This document shows positions 62,201 to 64,000 of a DNA stretch of 64,000 bases, in pieces (the stretch's first letter is position 1; every line of letters starts with the position of its first letter). Location: the NCBI GenBank assembly GCA_973895155.1, contig OZ316891.1:26467972-26531971 (forward strand), written 5' to 3'. The stretch comes from Marsupella aquatica. Its lineage: Eukaryota; Plantae; Marchantiophyta. Under the pieces are notes generated by a model that worked only from the letters and a program-made list of their open reading frames with translations, had not been told where the DNA came from and did no database searches. The translations under genes and the position numbers were made by a program.

Positions 62201-63798
62201 TCTTCCAAACTTGGATGACAAAGGTTTTGAATAGTACCTGGACTGAGAAAGGTTTGTGTTGATGAAGAATCTACAGAGCCAATGCAAGAAATGTCAGTCA
62301 CCTATCTCGTCTCAGAGTGAACAAAACATACATGATTCAGTCACTGATGGGCTGAAATTATAGTGGTGTGCTGCTTTCACACAAAAAAGCAAAGCAAAAT
62401 TTTGAGGAAATAGCACTGAAGGTGGAAAGAGGCTACAGATTGAAAAAACTACAAAACCTTGACGTCTCCGAAGATATCATGAAGCAAAGCTGTTGCCAAT
62501 GCCTTCTTCCCTGCTCCACTACGGCCTTCAAGGATCAGATGGGGACAATTGCCTTGAGAAATCTGTTAACAATTCACAACTGTCATGCATTAACCAAAAC
62601 AACGGTTTCAAATGTCCCTCTATGTCACTGAGCAGATGAAGAAGACATCCCATCAACAAGCGGAAACGGAAATTTCTCGTGTGGGTTGTCGGATGCGTCA
62701 CGCCTTGACAAGGCAAAGGGGAAGCAGCTCAATTTCAACGTCTGAGCTGGGAATTACTTGAGAGGACAGTACGCATTGCTGCCCACCTTACATGCAAGCA
62801 AGGTATTGAGACAAAGTGACCGAAGAGAAGGAAATGAAGAGAACATTTCCCATCCTCCATCCTAACGTGGTGAGATCACTTGAACAGCTTTCTTCAGTGA
62901 ATTTGGTGCTCGTGGCAAAGAACTGCTGAAAATTACGGAATCTTTCTTATGTACTTGAGCATTAACAGGGCTTGGATCTCTGACGCGGGGTGACGCACTC
63001 TAACTGGTGGCCAAAAGTAATTCGTTGAAATTTAGCTTATGAGAGTCCCCACTTTACCCAGCCTTTCTCAAGACCTGTTCACAGTGCTGAGAAAGGACCA
63101 AAAGTTACCAAGTTTTCTAGCGAAGACTTTCACACAAATTTGCTATCTACCTCAGTCTCTTGGCCGGTTGTTCGTGCAAGGCCGTTTCGTATCGAGATGT
63201 CGTTTAGTCTACCTCACCGTGCAATCTTTGAGCGAATTTATTGGACTGCCGATAAACTACCAAATAATCTTGCTAATCCTTGATGCCTTTCGCTCAAACT
63301 TGATGGCACAACACCATGTATTTGCCAGATAAATCAACAAATACTTGGACACAAGACATATGAATTAGCTCACAGTGAAGTAGATGATATCGATCCGTTT
63401 TCATTAGTCAGTTCAGAGCAACAGGCACGTTTTTTCCTCAGGTCGTCTTGCAAAGTTGCCAAGGAAACGGCCTTCACCTTTTGTGCAGGGGTGTACATAC
63501 ATACCAGCTGTTTGATTTGCTGAGTTTGCTGAGCATGACACTGGAAACCGGACAGAGATCTCGGGCAATGCTTGTCCGCCCACAAAGCCCGCACTCCGTT
63601 TTTGAAGAAAAGCTCGCTTGGAGGAGCTTCAATTCTCTGGGGCTGTTTGTCTAACCGACCTTTCTCAACACAAGTGAGTTTGAAGCATTCAGTGAGGTTG
63701 AGACCACTCGATTGTGGTCTGGAACGAACGATGGCCTTCTTCGTCAGCCCTGTATACCCAGCACCACCACTACCGTCGCCTTTCTCCTCGCCTGTCAT
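59241..63798 (-). CDS. Divergent replication factor C small subunit (human RFC3/yeast Rfc5-like), 11 exons, ~462 aa; the true start may lie further upstream
   Basis: Exons 63798-63505, 62562-62458, 62237-62211, 61978-61792, 61618-61425, 61305-61169, 60980-60882, 60505-60436, 60166-60089, 59781-59736 and 59392-59241 keep frame. Motifs: LWADKHCP, CPHLILEGRSGAGKK, SRYHVEVN, AQQSLRRLMD, IRSRC, NLRKAI..LEAC, IFQLEAFLAK. Confidence 0.88.
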
Positions 63799-64000
63799 GG
63801 TGACTTGGTGAGCGCTGGAACTTGAGACTGTGACGGGCTAAAAGTTTGACCTGGAGTAACGCGTCTATCCATGAGCATGGCCCGACCTGACAGTATACTA
63901 AATCCCACTTATGTCACAGCCAACTAGAACCACCACAATTACCACAGAGCATGGGGTTCGTGTGAGAGGAGCGATCAAGCCAGATACATAGAAGCTCTAA

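Overview
Eukaryotic nuclear DNA from a plant. The spliced genes and transposon types suggest a non-seed land plant such as a liverwort or other bryophyte (inference). Bases 1 to ~45,700 are a nested transposon graveyard. It holds a Ty1/copia 3' end and several Ty3/gypsy lineages: a near-full-length chromodomain element plus a solo LTR, an integrase-PHD family, a fragment carrying a DNMT-like C-terminus, and a lineage with fungal-type pol motifs. It also holds LINE fragments, MULE/CACTA-like non-autonomous elements with clear TSDs, a Ulp1-like remnant and several tandem arrays. Bases ~45,700-64,000 are genic: a threonyl-tRNA synthetase pseudogene fragment, a 9-exon HCF107-like HAT/TPR gene (-), a 3-exon LSM6 gene (+) and a divergent 11-exon RFC3-like gene (-). 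The most notable observations are: (1) a cytosine-methyltransferase motif IX/X remnant directly upstream of a gypsy integrase, in a family whose integrase ends in a PHD finger; (2) an A-B-A terminal-repeat architecture in that family; (3) chromovirus LTRs with non-canonical AGT...ACT termini; (4) an internal, skippable exon duplication in HCF107. All calls were made by eye; no database search was run.
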